Assembly (NCBI RefSeq): GCF_000007005.1
Contig: NC_002754.1
Strand: one strand, 5' to 3'
Source: Saccharolobus solfataricus P2
Lineage (GTDB): Archaea; Thermoproteota; Thermoprotei_A; Sulfolobales; Sulfolobaceae
DNA length: 64,000 nt
The position numbers and the translations under genes were made by a program. Shown here piece by piece: positions 1 through 11,143 of the stretch (the first letter of the stretch is position 1; each line of letters starts with the position of its first letter). The notes beneath the pieces are model-generated. The model did no database searches, had not been told where the DNA came from, and worked only from the letters and a program-made list of their open reading frames with translations.

Positions 1-108
1 TAGAACATATTTTTCAACTGAGTTATCGTCCCTTGATTTTAGTATCCTTACTTTAACGTATTTGCCATTATTTAGATCTATATAAACGTACTTGCCATGT
101 TTGAGCAT
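1..108 (-). CDS. Small conserved Sulfolobales protein (DUF5622-like), 5' part only; runs off the window
   Basis: Manual translation MLKHGKYVYIDLNNGKYVKVRILKSRDDNSVEKYVL, ATG at 108, GGTGA SD upstream; not in the ORF track. Family name from recall. Confidence 0.6.
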   Translation of the reverse strand, partial: MLKHGKYVYIDLNNGKYVKVRILKSRDDNSVEKYVL

Positions 109-138
109 TTCTTGTCACCAAAGTTTTAATGTTGTTTA

Positions 139-987
139 GTGTTTATATCGTTTGTGGAATATCTATTAATAGATGCTGGTGGTACATCTACTAAAGTTTT
201 CGTCCATGACGGTGAAAAAATAGTAAGGCAGTACAAATACGAACCAGCAAGTGTAGATAAAGTGGGTCCCTATAAGTCGGTTCTAAGGCTAAGTAATATA
301 GTCTCAATATTCAATAAGAAATTTGATAGAATTGCAATATCTTTAGCCGGGATCGACAGCGAGGTTATGGCAAAAGAGGTAAAAGGTCAATTATATCCGC
401 GCTTAAGTAAATATGCAGATAAGGTAATTATAGAACACGACGCTCATGTTGTACTTATGTCTAATGCAGATAAGGGATGTATAACTATTGCAGGGACTGG
501 TAGTATAGTATATGGTTTTGATGGAAGTCAAAGGATAATAAAGGGCGATAGAGGATGGCTAGTTGGCGATATATGTTCCGGATTCTGGCTAGGTAGAGAG
601 TTTTTACATGAGTTATTAAGAGAGTTTCAAGGGCTCTCCAATGATAGAAGTTTAACTCAATTCTCTACTTTCAAAACTGAAGAGGACTTAGTGAGATTCC
701 TTTATAAAAACTCTTGTAATCCAGCTAAAATAGCCCAATTTTCAGTTAATTTGTTAAACGCTATAAGGCAAAATAACATAAAGGCAATTAGAATTTTGAA
801 CAACTGCATGTCAGAATTCTCTACTTTAGTGCAAATGGTATGTAAAGCTGTAAACTCTAATGTGGTATACTATTTTGGTGGAATGTATGAATCGCCAGTT
901 TATGTATCCTTTTTCAAGAGAGAACTAGAGAAGAAGGGAATAAAAAGCGTTAAAAGTAGAAGTGTAATAAACGGTTTGCTTAGGCTT

Positions 988-999
<12 letters not shown>
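139..999 (+). CDS. BadF/BadG/BcrA/BcrD-type ATPase / N-acetylglucosamine kinase-like sugar kinase
   Basis: IDAGGTSTK phosphate-1 motif, EHDAHVV, IAGTGS and GDRGWLVGD motifs of the ASKHA BadF family. Confidence 0.8.
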
Positions 1000-1584
<585 letters not shown>

Positions 1585-1633
1585 AAAAGATCACCTTAAA
1601 AACTTTTTGATTCTGCATTTATAAATCCCTCTT

Positions 1634-2389
1634 TTAAATAAGTACGTTTTTAATTAAGCCTAATTCTGGGAACTCCATGATGCCTTCTCCCTCAATTATA
1701 ATATAAGGTTTCGCTTTTTCTAATATGGTATGTTCTTTTATCAAATTACTCATGTAGTTTGAATGTATTAATGATATGTCATTCCCTGCTTGATATATTC
1801 CAATTGCAGGCAATACTATAACTTGAGAGTTTTCCCTTTCTTTTATTGGAATTGATAGAAAGCATTGCAATTTCCTAGAGAAACCCAACTTATCTCTTAT
1901 GGATATTCTCGGATGTTCATGACCTATAATGTAAGTCGTATTATTTCTCGGTTCCACTACTTTATGTCCATGAGTTATGAGGATTTCTCCAAGATCTAAC
2001 TCATCAACTAATTTTACATTATCAAATCTTTCCGTAACTAAAGATATGTAGTTATCATGATTTCCTCTCACTATCGTAACTTCCACTCCGTTATCCTTTA
2101 AATATTTCAATATTTCATTTAATTCCTCTTTTTCTTGTCGAGTAAGTTTTTCAAAGGTATGTTTGAAATCTCCGTTTACTATTAGTTTTTTAGTATTAAA
2201 TACTGAGAGTACTCTATTTGTTATAGTAAAAAATCTTTTTTTCTGTATTCTAGGAATATATATACCTTTTCTAGACATCTCTTCTTCATAACCTATATGT
2301 ACGTCAGATAGGACTACACTATTAGCTTGTTTTACGTAAAGTGCTGGTAAGTCCTCAGCAATTAAGATTCCTTTAGCGAGTTCAAGCAT
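1634..2389 (-). CDS. Calcineurin-like metallophosphoesterase (archaeal MJ0037-like)
   Basis: DVHIG, NGDFKH, GNHD and GHEHP metal-binding motifs. Confidence 0.85.
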   Translation of the reverse strand: MLELAKGILIAEDLPALYVKQANSVVLSDVHIGYEEEMSRKGIYIPRIQKKRFFTITNRVLSVFNTKKLIVNGDFKHTFEKLTRQEKEELNEILKYLKDNGVEVTIVRGNHDNYISLVTERFDNVKLVDELDLGEILITHGHKVVEPRNNTTYIIGHEHPRISIRDKLGFSRKLQCFLSIPIKERENSQVIVLPAIGIYQAGNDISLIHSNYMSNLIKEHTILEKAKPYIIIEGEGIMEFPELGLIKNVLI

Positions 2390-2431
2390 TTAAATAAGAT
2401 AATATTAAACACTATTTTATACATTTTTTCT

Positions 2432-3205
2432 GTGAGCATCTTAAGTCTAGTAGGTCTTGGAATCTCTAAGAAATTCATAACTGATAGTGCTATAGAGACA
2501 CTAAGTAATTCTGATATTATAATTTTTGATAGATATACATCTAGATCTTGTGATATAAATGTGGACGTATTAAGGAGATTGGTAAAGGGAGAGAGAGAAT
2601 TCATTGAAGCGGATAGGAGTTTATTAGAAAATAACTCAAAGGCTATCATAGACTATTTAGACAAGGGTTATAATGTAAGTATAGCCAGTATTGGAGATGC
2701 ATTAATAGCCACAACCCATGTTTCGCTACTTATAGAGGCTAAACATCGAGGACATGAGGTAAAAGTGATTCCAGGGATTTCAGTACATTGCTATCTTATA
2801 TCAAAGTCTCTATTATCTTCCTATAAATTTGGTAAGTCAGTTACAGTTACATTTCCTTATAACGATTTCATAGATCCTACTCCCTATAATGTGATTAAGG
2901 ATAACAAAGAAAGAGGTCTTCATACCATATTATATCTGGATTTGAAAAACGAGAAAGCAATGACTGCTAACGAAGCACTTCAGATCTTATTACGACTTGA
3001 AGAGAGGCATAAGAAAAGTGTTCTTTCAAAATCTGATATTATAATAGTTGGTGCTAGATTAGGGTGTGATGACGAGAGAATTATTGCACTTAAAGTAGAA
3101 GAAGCTACTTCATTCGACTTCGGAAATACACCACATATTATTATAATTCCTGGTAACCTTCATTATATGGAGGCTGATGCTATAAAATGGATATTGAGGA
3201 GTTAA
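2432..3205 (+). CDS. dph5: Diphthine synthase
   Basis: [30 protein letters not shown] and EADAIK motifs of the Dph5 methyltransferase. Confidence 0.92.
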   Translation: MSILSLVGLGISKKFITDSAIETLSNSDIIIFDRYTSRSCDINVDVLRRLVKGEREFIEADRSLLENNSKAIIDYLDKGYNVSIASIGDALIATTHVSLLIEAKHRGHEVKVIPGISVHCYLISKSLLSSYKFGKSVTVTFPYNDFIDPTPYNVIKDNKERGLHTILYLDLKNEKAMTANEALQILLRLEERHKKSVLSKSDIIIVGARLGCDDERIIALKVEEATSFDFGNTPHIIIIPGNLHYMEADAIKWILRS

Positions 3206-3867
3206 AGAAAAGGATAGAAAAGTACATTAAAGGAATGGATGAACGATTAAAGGACACTAGTAGTGCCAACAATAAGGTAGTAGAATTGGCTAGATTATAT
3301 ACTGAGGACGCTAAATACTATTTAGAGAAAGGCGATTACATAACCGCATTAGTTGATGTTGTTTACGCTGAAGGTTTATTGGATGCAAAGGAGATTTATG
3401 AGAACAGTGACCCTAAATCTAATGTATCAAAAAAGGTATTTGTTGCAGGTACCTTTGATATATTGCATCCAGGGCATATAGAATTCTTGAAAGAGGCGTC
3501 AAAGTATGGAAGAGTTTACGTAACTGTCGCGAGGGACTCTAATTCAGAGAGAATTAAGGGGAGAAAGCCGATTAACGATGAGCAAACTAGGCTAGAAATT
3601 ATTAAGAGTATAAGATATGTTTTTGATGCAATATTAGGTGATCAAGAGGATTTTCTAAAAAGTGTGGAAAGAATAAATCCGGATATCATTTTCCTAGGGC
3701 CAGATCAGAAAGTTGACGAGGCCAAGCTTCTTGAGGAATTGAAAAAACGAGGCTTAAGTCCTCAAATAATCAGATTAAATGAGAGAATAAGGAAATGGTC
3801 TCACTCAAGCACAACAGATATAATAAATGAAATTAAAAAGAGGTATTGTAACTTAGAACAACGTTAA
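3187..3867 (+). CDS. ribL: DUF357 domain fused to FAD synthetase (cytidylyltransferase-like)
   Basis: N-terminal [15 protein letters not shown]...YAEGLLDA (DUF357); C-terminal [15 protein letters not shown] and LGPDQ. Confidence 0.8.
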   Translation: MDIEELKKRIEKYIKGMDERLKDTSSANNKVVELARLYTEDAKYYLEKGDYITALVDVVYAEGLLDAKEIYENSDPKSNVSKKVFVAGTFDILHPGHIEFLKEASKYGRVYVTVARDSNSERIKGRKPINDEQTRLEIIKSIRYVFDAILGDQEDFLKSVERINPDIIFLGPDQKVDEAKLLEELKKRGLSPQIIRLNERIRKWSHSSTTDIINEIKKRYCNLEQR

Positions 3868-4523
3868 ACATAAACTTCTATTGTTACCTCATCGCCGTCT
3901 TTTAAATTCAATTTTTCTCTCAGATGGAATGGAGAGATTATCTCTATTACGCTCTTTGGATGTGTAGTTCTTAAAGGAATAACTACTGCGGCTGGTGTTA
4001 ATTTATTAATTGCGGCTGGATATAATTTAACTGCACCTAATACTCTATCCTTTTGTTTATATTCAGGGACCATTAGAGAAGGTGATGAATCTAAGAGTAA
4101 TCTGTTTTCTAGGGATGCTTTATCGTATATTACAATATTTAGAGTACCTGGAAACGGATCAAACCCCATTATTTTATTTATTTGGCTTTTGTAGTACTCC
4201 ATTGATAGAAATATTTTACCTTCTCCAAGTCCAGATACAATATTCCCCTTTATTTCAATACTATGAAGCGACAATATGGCATCTTTTAAGCTACTTAAAC
4301 ATGAACTCAAAAATCTTTCTCCTTCTTCTGTCAATCTTATAATCTCTCCTTCTTTAGATATTATTCTAACTATTAACTTATCATCTTCCAATTCCTTTAG
4401 TTTGCGTGATATTGACTGCTGTGAGAAATTAAGTAACTTAGCTAGCTCTGATTGTGTTACGTACGATTTGCCCCTTGAGTAGGCTATTATTTTAGCTAAT
4501 ATACAAGCGTTTGACTCATCTTT
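3864..4523 (-). CDS. ribK: CTP-dependent riboflavin kinase with N-terminal winged-HTH (RbkR-type); start codon unresolved
   Basis: [17 protein letters not shown] and [11 protein letters not shown] kinase motifs. The frame stays open upstream of the ORF-track TTG (4391) and reads [24 protein letters not shown] up to the TGA of taw1. Confidence 0.85.
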   Translation of the reverse strand, partial: KDESNACILAKIIAYSRGKSYVTQSELAKLLNFSQQSISRKLKELEDDKLIVRIISKEGEIIRLTEEGERFLSSCLSSLKDAILSLHSIEIKGNIVSGLGEGKIFLSMEYYKSQINKIMGFDPFPGTLNIVIYDKASLENRLLLDSSPSLMVPEYKQKDRVLGAVKLYPAAINKLTPAAVVIPLRTTHPKSVIEIISPFHLREKLNLKDGDEVTIEVYV

Positions 4524-5621
4524 TCAAGTTGATCCCTCTGTACAACCTTGTTCTGCTTCCTTATATTCTCCACTCATATCGTCCTCCATATCAATGGTAG
4601 ACCAATTCCATTTTTCATTCCACGCATTCCCAATCTTAATCGGCTTATCCAATTTACTTAATAGAACTATTCTACTGGGCACGTGTTCTGATAAGATTTT
4701 ATATCCAGTATATTGTCCTAAGATTTTAGCAAATTCTCTAATCTCTTTATGTTTTGGCATAGCGTCTCTACTTAATCTATAGGTCGATGGTCCCACGTGC
4801 ATGTAAGCTTTAATCTCTATATATGTAGGCATGGCAATTTCCATTAACTTCGCAAATTCTTTTGCATCTTGTTCACTCATATTGTACCCCTTTATCATTG
4901 TAAATCTTATTACCGTTGGAGAACTAAAACTAGGTAAGATCTCTAGGGTCTTCATAACTAGTTGCCAAGAATTAGCTACTACTGGTCTGTTAATCATCTT
5001 ATGTTTTATCTCATTCGGAGCTTGTAGAGATACAAATAACTGAGTAGGCTCTTCTTCTAAGCTTGCCAATATGTCTGGCCTTACGCCACTTGTTACAAGA
5101 AAGGTTGTCATACCTCTTTTGTGATACTCCTTGATGAGATCACCCAGTTTTTCATAAAGTGTGGGTTCTCCAGTTAAACTTATTGCGACATGTGCGGGTT
5201 TCATCGCATCTTTTACTTTTTGAATACTAACATCATTTCTTCCTAAATATCCAGAAACGGCCTTCCTATGTTCTTCTATACTCCTTTCGACAATATATTC
5301 TGGATCATCATATGCGGGCATTTTCGTATCGTCCCACTCTAGTCCAACATCCTCTGGTTCTAATCTCCAACAATGTACGCATCTAAACCAGCACCAAGCC
5401 GCAGTTGGAGTCATCTGTACACATCTATGGCTCTCAATTCCATAGAATTTTCCCTTATAACAAGATCTGTTGGCTACAAGGGCAGAATGAGTCCAATGAC
5501 ACTTCTTATATGCACTATGAGTTCCAATGATATGGTACTTTTCTTTTTGTAACTCCTTGAATATCTCACTTACTGTATCGATCCTTAAATTACTTTGCAT
5601 ATTGTACATTCTATCGCACAT
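4524..5621 (-). CDS. taw1: 4-demethylwyosine synthase (radical SAM, TYW1/Taw1)
   Basis: [39 protein letters not shown] and EIKAYMHVG motifs. Confidence 0.92.
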   Translation of the reverse strand: MCDRMYNMQSNLRIDTVSEIFKELQKEKYHIIGTHSAYKKCHWTHSALVANRSCYKGKFYGIESHRCVQMTPTAAWCWFRCVHCWRLEPEDVGLEWDDTKMPAYDDPEYIVERSIEEHRKAVSGYLGRNDVSIQKVKDAMKPAHVAISLTGEPTLYEKLGDLIKEYHKRGMTTFLVTSGVRPDILASLEEEPTQLFVSLQAPNEIKHKMINRPVVANSWQLVMKTLEILPSFSSPTVIRFTMIKGYNMSEQDAKEFAKLMEIAMPTYIEIKAYMHVGPSTYRLSRDAMPKHKEIREFAKILGQYTGYKILSEHVPSRIVLLSKLDKPIKIGNAWNEKWNWSTIDMEDDMSGEYKEAEQGCTEGST

Positions 5622-5636
5622 AGGATTAAAAAATTA

Positions 5637-7073
5637 TTAGATCTTAACTGATGCGGTTAAATTGTACAATTTTGTTATATTTCTCTCTATAAAGGATGAT
5701 ATGTTAATTAAATAAATATCTGACAAATATTTACCCATTAACTGTAATCCTATTGGAAGGTCACTGTAAAATCCTACCGGCATTGATAGTGCTGGTATTG
5801 CAGCTAAGTTAGCTATCACGGTATTTAGATCCATTGCGTACATTCTAACCGGATCATTAATTACCTCACCTATCTTAGGCGGTAGTATAGGCATTGTAGG
5901 AGAGAGCAAAATATCATACTTTTTGAATAATTCGTCCAAGTTCTTCTTGATTAAATTTCTAACCTTTAATGCCTTGAGGTAAAATTCCTCATAATATCCA
6001 GCACTTAAGATAAAACTGCCAAGAAGAATCCTCCTCTTTACCTCCATACCAAACGCTTCTCCTCTATTTTTAGCATAAACTTCACGCCAATTCCCTTCCA
6101 TATACTTACTGTATCCATACCTAACTCCATCATATCTTGCCAAATTAGAGCTTGCTTCAGACATTGCAATTATGTAATATGCTGGTAGTGCGTATTCCGC
6201 ATTACCTAGTTTAGTATCTTCAATTAAAGCCCCTTCGCTAGATAGTTTATTTACAACATCTTTTATCACACCGGATACTGGTTTTTCCGACATTTCTAAA
6301 ATGTCACTAAGAACACCTATCCTAACGTTTTTTACGCTTCGTTCCTTTAACTCAAAATTTAGATTTAAGTTAATTGTAGTAGCGTCCCTCTCATCTGGTC
6401 CAGCAATTATTGAGAAAAGCAATCCTAAGTCTTCGGCATTTCTAGCCATTGGTCCTATTTGTTCTAAACTATTTGCGTAAGCTACTAGACCAAATCTACT
6501 CACTGTACCATAAGACGGCTTTAAACCAAAAATGGCATTATATGCTGCAGGTGCTCTTATGGAACCTCCAGTGTCACTACCTAACGCCAATTCGACATAA
6601 CCAGCCGCTAGAGCTGCTCCGCTGCCTCCAGATGATCCCCCAGGAGTTCTTTCTAAGTCCCAAGGATTTCTAGTAGGACCGAAATAACTAGTTTCTGTAG
6701 TTGAACCCATAGCGAATTCGTCCATGTTGGTTTTTCCAATGATTACTGCCCCTTCCTTCTTTAATTTTTCTATCACTGTAGCATCGTATGGAGGTATGTA
6801 ATCTTCTAACATCTTTGACGCACAAGTAGTTCTAATTCCCTCAGTCGAGATGTTATCCTTAATTGCAATTAGGACTCCTGCTAATTTACCCCCTTTGTTA
6901 ATGCTTTCTTTTACTTCCTTTAATACCTCTTCCTTACTTCTGATAGTTATAAACGCATTAATATATTTGTCATATTTGCCTATTTTCTCATACGTTCTCT
7001 CGATGTACTCTTCAGCTTCTAAGTTCTTATTTCTCAAATCGTTGACTAAGTCTACTATCATAATTCTATTCAC
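5637..7073 (-). CDS. gatA: Asp/Glu-tRNA amidotransferase subunit A
   Basis: Amidase signature [29 protein letters not shown]. Confidence 0.95.
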   Translation of the reverse strand: MNRIMIVDLVNDLRNKNLEAEEYIERTYEKIGKYDKYINAFITIRSKEEVLKEVKESINKGGKLAGVLIAIKDNISTEGIRTTCASKMLEDYIPPYDATVIEKLKKEGAVIIGKTNMDEFAMGSTTETSYFGPTRNPWDLERTPGGSSGGSGAALAAGYVELALGSDTGGSIRAPAAYNAIFGLKPSYGTVSRFGLVAYANSLEQIGPMARNAEDLGLLFSIIAGPDERDATTINLNLNFELKERSVKNVRIGVLSDILEMSEKPVSGVIKDVVNKLSSEGALIEDTKLGNAEYALPAYYIIAMSEASSNLARYDGVRYGYSKYMEGNWREVYAKNRGEAFGMEVKRRILLGSFILSAGYYEEFYLKALKVRNLIKKNLDELFKKYDILLSPTMPILPPKIGEVINDPVRMYAMDLNTVIANLAAIPALSMPVGFYSDLPIGLQLMGKYLSDIYLINISSFIERNITKLYNLTASVKI

Positions 7074-7359
7074 CGTAAGTTCTAGGTCCTACTATATACC
7101 CATCTTCCTTTCTTTTCACATTTTTAAGAGCATTTTCCCTGTCTAATGGATCCCTTGGAACATCTTTCCTTAGTCTTCCTTGAGGAAGAGGATGAAATAG
7201 TGGTTCTACATTACTTAAATCAAGCTCGTTGATCTTTTCAAAGAATTTTATGATATTAGCTAGATCCTTTTCCAATATTTTTTCTTCTTCACCGCTTAAT
7301 TGAATTAAGGATAAGTTTTCCAAGTGTTTAATTAAATTCTCATTGACCTCTATTTTCAT
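7066..7359 (-). CDS. gatC: Asp/Glu-tRNA amidotransferase subunit C
   Basis: 97 aa with LRKD...ALKN...YIVGPR pattern; overlaps the gatA start. Confidence 0.9.
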   Translation of the reverse strand: MKIEVNENLIKHLENLSLIQLSGEEEKILEKDLANIIKFFEKINELDLSNVEPLFHPLPQGRLRKDVPRDPLDRENALKNVKRKEDGYIVGPRTYGE

Positions 7360-7472
7360 TAATAACAGTTTTAGAGAACTAGTTTATATTTTCATTCAGC
7401 AAAAAACCTGTCCTAAGTTAAATCTAATGTTCACGATACATTTTAAACTACCTTTTTCCTATCATAATATTT

Positions 7473-7844
7473 GTGAAGATAGAGGACTTAATCACAAATT
7501 TACCTTGGATGGGATTAGAAGAGGCTTTACATTATGGTTTCTCTGAAGCAGAGGCTCTAGGTAAGAACTTTCTAGGTATAACTTTAGATAATGGAGATGG
7601 TCTGATTTTATATATAAATCCGTTTTTAAATGATATATATAAATTACTTTTAATGAGTAAGTCTAGATATAATTTACCTTCGATAGGTGTTTTCTCAAAT
7701 TTTAATGGTGACAAATACTTTATTTATGATGTAGAGGATATCTCGGAACTTATAAATACTCTAGGTTCTAATTTAAAGGTTATATATGTTGAAGTGATTA
7801 AAAATGTCCTCGAGGACTTTCTATATCAAACAATGGTTAGATGA
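7473..7844 (+). CDS. Hypothetical protein upstream of xpb
   Basis: 123-aa ORF with typical codon usage, overlapping the xpb start. Confidence 0.6.
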   Translation: MKIEDLITNLPWMGLEEALHYGFSEAEALGKNFLGITLDNGDGLILYINPFLNDIYKLLLMSKSRYNLPSIGVFSNFNGDKYFIYDVEDISELINTLGSNLKVIYVEVIKNVLEDFLYQTMVR

Positions 7845-9459
7845 GGATGACTTCAAGAGGTTACTATTATTCTCGAGATATTTAGGAAGAGATAGTAGTG
7901 GATCTCAGTTTATGATAGATTTGGAAAGAGCTAAAAGAAATGGAGTAAAACCGAATGAGATAGTAGAAATCTTAGAGGATTATGACGTGCGTCTTTCTCA
8001 AGAAGATATTGCAACATTAAGGGAGAAACTCCTTGATTGTTCCTTTGATATAGAGGCTGGTAAAATAATCATGAAACCATATACTTATCTTGCTGACGTT
8101 CTAGAGAAAATTAATGGTAAAAATGAGAATTCAGAGCACAGATTCAAAATCAGATATGATAAACAAAATAGAAGATTTATAGTGCGTCCAATGGATTATT
8201 TTAATCTATTGCAAAAATTGAGAGAAAATGGATTAGAGGTCAAGGAATTAAACCTTTCATTCAAGGAGTTTGAATTCGAATTTAATGGGCAATTAAGGGA
8301 ATATCAAAGAGAAGCTATAGAAAATTGGATTAAGAATGGAAACAAGGGGGTTATAGCACTACCGACAGGCGCTGGAAAGACAGTAGTTGGAATAAAAGGT
8401 ATAGATATAATCAGAAAGCCCACTCTCATTGTAACCTTTACCAAAGAGCAGATGTTACAATGGAAAGAAGCTATACTAAAGTTTACCTCAAAAAGACCTG
8501 ACATTGGTTTATATTACTCAGAAGAAAAGAGAATAAGACCAATAACCATAACTACCTATCATACAGCATATAGACATCTTCCACAACTATTTGATAAATT
8601 TTACCTGCTAATAGTTGATGAAGTTCATCACCTACCTGCAGATAAGTTTAAATTAATAGCAGAAGGTTTAATAGCTCCTTATAGGATGGGTCTTTCAGCG
8701 ACTCCTCATAGAGAAGATAATAAACACAATGAGTTATTTAGCCTAATAGGGGGAATAATATATTATAAGTCAGTTACCGAACTAGCCAAGTTAGGTTATC
8801 TCGCCTCCTATGAGATAATTCAGAAAAAAGTAAGGCTAACCTTAGAAGAGAGGAAGCGATACAATGAGCTATTGAATAGGTTTAAGGCATTATCTAAGGG
8901 CAGGAAGGTAAGTGAATTGATAGAGTTAGTAAAAAAAGGTGATGAAAGTGCTATTGAAGCCATGAGAGTTTATAATGAAATGAGAAAAATAGTGAACTTC
9001 GCTTCAGAGAAAATGAAGGCTTTAGACGAAATACTTAAGTCTGAAAAGGGAAAGATTCTCATATTTACACAGTATATTGATCAAGCTGAAGAAATTGCTA
9101 AGAGATACAATTCTTTACTTTTAACCGGCAAGATGTCTAAAGAGGAAAGGAAGAGAGTTTTAGTGACGTTTAAAACTATGAATGCAGGGGTTCTTGTTTT
9201 AACCACTGTTGGAGATGAGGGAATAGACATTCCGGATGCTAATGTAGGGATTATTGTGACTGGGACCAGTTCTAGAAGGCAATTTATTCAAAGATTAGGT
9301 AGGATTATGAGACCCTATAATGGCAAGCAAGCAAAACTTTATGAAATAGTTGTTAGTGGTACTCCAGAGGAATATCAAGCAAAAAAGAGAAAAGAAACTG
9401 ATATTCTCTCATTTGAGGGTATGTCTTATTCATCCTCCGAAAATATCGACAGAGATTAA
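7804..9459 (+). CDS. xpb1: XPB/Rad25 SF2 DNA helicase (XPB1 type)
   Basis: [34 protein letters not shown] and QRLGR motifs. Confidence 0.9.
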   Translation: MSSRTFYIKQWLDEDDFKRLLLFSRYLGRDSSGSQFMIDLERAKRNGVKPNEIVEILEDYDVRLSQEDIATLREKLLDCSFDIEAGKIIMKPYTYLADVLEKINGKNENSEHRFKIRYDKQNRRFIVRPMDYFNLLQKLRENGLEVKELNLSFKEFEFEFNGQLREYQREAIENWIKNGNKGVIALPTGAGKTVVGIKGIDIIRKPTLIVTFTKEQMLQWKEAILKFTSKRPDIGLYYSEEKRIRPITITTYHTAYRHLPQLFDKFYLLIVDEVHHLPADKFKLIAEGLIAPYRMGLSATPHREDNKHNELFSLIGGIIYYKSVTELAKLGYLASYEIIQKKVRLTLEERKRYNELLNRFKALSKGRKVSELIELVKKGDESAIEAMRVYNEMRKIVNFASEKMKALDEILKSEKGKILIFTQYIDQAEEIAKRYNSLLLTGKMSKEERKRVLVTFKTMNAGVLVLTTVGDEGIDIPDANVGIIVTGTSSRRQFIQRLGRIMRPYNGKQAKLYEIVVSGTPEEYQAKKRKETDILSFEGMSYSSSENIDRD

Positions 9460-9474
9460 AATAAACCTAACCCT

Positions 9475-9990
9475 TTAGATCGATAATGTTGAGGTAATAT
9501 AGTAAAATATGGAATATCCGAATAATCTTACTAGAACATCTCTATTATCTAAAAAGCAGAGTCCAACATTTACTCTGCCTTTATCTATGCTTACTATTGG
9601 TTGGTCATTTACTTTCAATAGCGGTACACCTTTAATACCTTTACTTATATATCCCTTTATTTTGCGTCCAACAGCTTGTTTAAAAGTGAACGCTGTAAGA
9701 AGGGTAGGTTCTAATATTTCTATCTCTCCTTCAATATAGTTTTCACACTTAAGGAAAGCAGTGTTATGAAAAACTTCTCGAGTTAGTATTATACCTTCTA
9801 TCCAGCTCAACTTTTTAATCTCGTGTGTGCACTGGTCGCTAACTAATGAGAGTGGAGGGAAAGTAACTATTTTTCCATTTACGTTCAAAGTAGCTGGATA
9901 TACTAATATTATGTCTCCTTCTTTTATTTCCCTTGCTTCATTAGGTCTGCATATTTTACTGCTAACGTCTACGTAAGGCATATTAAGCAA
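9475..9990 (-). CDS. Hypothetical protein
   Basis: 171-aa ORF filling the gap; no recognised motif. Confidence 0.6.
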   Translation of the reverse strand: MLNMPYVDVSSKICRPNEAREIKEGDIILVYPATLNVNGKIVTFPPLSLVSDQCTHEIKKLSWIEGIILTREVFHNTAFLKCENYIEGEIEILEPTLLTAFTFKQAVGRKIKGYISKGIKGVPLLKVNDQPIVSIDKGRVNVGLCFLDNRDVLVRLFGYSIFYYITSTLSI

Positions 9991-10017
9991 TATTAAGAGG
10001 TATACTATAAATAAAAA

Positions 10018-10073
10018 TTAAAGATGTATGCACTTGTAAGGGCTGAGCAGTTGATGAATAACCAGGCTGATGA
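10018..10073 (+). ncRNA. Box C/D guide sRNA candidate (guides match tRNA-Val-type anticodon loop and D-loop)
   Basis: Variant C box AAGATGT 10021-27, D' CTGA 10043-46, C' TTGATGA 10051-57, D CTGA 10067-70; spacing typical of archaeal ~55-nt sRNAs. Confidence 0.7.
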
Positions 10074-10354
10074 ATATGAGATGGCTTAAAAAGAGGGAGG
10101 TAATAATATATTTCCTTCTTTTCAAGAAATTTAGATATGAGAAATTTAATATAGGTGATGCTTTTTCTGTTTTAATGCCCTATTTTTCTAAAAAAGTTGC
10201 AAGTAATAGTATAAATTATATGACTAAAATAGGTTTAGTAACTAAACTGAGTAATGTTGAGTATAGGCTTAATCCCTTTGATGATTTTGTTCTTTCCTTC
10301 TTGGCAAAACCTTATTTGGAAAGAAGAACTACTCTTCGTCGTAGAATTCAATAG
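10070..10354 (+). CDS. Small hypothetical protein, possible winged-helix
   Basis: 94-aa ORF; its first ATG overlaps the sRNA D box, second ATG at 10076. Confidence 0.55.
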   Translation: MNMRWLKKREVIIYFLLFKKFRYEKFNIGDAFSVLMPYFSKKVASNSINYMTKIGLVTKLSNVEYRLNPFDDFVLSFLAKPYLERRTTLRRRIQ

Positions 10355-10649
10355 TTATCTTTACTTTAACCTCTTTCTTGCTTAATGGTGGTATTTTGTC
10401 TCCAAAATCTACTCCCACGCTTATTGGATTTCCCATAGAATCTGTAAATTTTACATCAGCAACATAGTGGAGTTCTTGTCTTTGATTCATCATGTTCATC
10501 AACTCAGAGTATATTCTGGAGAGAGCCATTTGTAACGCTAATGGACTGGAGAAATCTTCTGGCTTTAATTGTATAGCTTTAAAATTGCCCATCATTTCCC
10601 CTATTTTCGCTTTCCCCTCAAATTCAACTTTAACTGTAGGCTGACTCAT
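10329..10649 (-). CDS. Hypothetical protein
   Basis: 106-aa ORF downstream of alba1, co-oriented. Confidence 0.65.
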   Translation of the reverse strand: MSQPTVKVEFEGKAKIGEMMGNFKAIQLKPEDFSSPLALQMALSRIYSELMNMMNQRQELHYVADVKFTDSMGNPISVGVDFGDKIPPLSKKEVKVKITIEFYDEE

Positions 10650-10730
10650 TTAAATCGCAAGAATATTTTATGTTAAGCTCCCTATTAAAAGTAGCGCATA
10701 ATAAAAGAAAAGTCCAAAAAACTCAGACAC

Positions 10731-11024
10731 TTACTTTTTCCTTATGGCAATCTCTATTGTTGAAACTCTCGATTGCCTTCCGTCTTGGCTCGTTACTACT
10801 TGGCTCCCTACTCTAATTTCTTTAATCTCTATCTTGTCTGGTAAGAATCTGTTCCTTACTATTTCTACAGTATCTACGGCTTTGCTAATAGCTCTTCCTC
10901 TAGCTTTGATTACTATTTCGCTTACTCCTTGGTTTAATAGAGTTAATGCTGCTAAAACATAGTTCATTACTGGTTTCTTTCCTATTAAGACTACATTACT
11001 TGGAGTTGGGGTTCCGCTGCTCAT
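10731..11024 (-). CDS. alba1: Chromatin protein Alba1 (Sso10b)
   Basis: [26 protein letters not shown] and [11 protein letters not shown] 11024 is preferred over GTG 11033 because a GGTGG SD precedes it. Confidence 0.97.
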
Positions 11025-11143
11025 CTTTTCCACCTTTTTGGTCTCAAATAGACATTCATATAAAGCTAAAAAAGTTAACCGAATAGAGTAACACTTCGAT
11101 AACTCTTTTAAAAGATCTTACCATCATAAAGTTTTTTCTAGCT

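Noticed and set aside
7396-7436. Possible C/D sRNA on the minus strand upstream of gatC (ends ...ggttttttg-CTGA)
   Set aside because: No credible C, C' or D' boxes.
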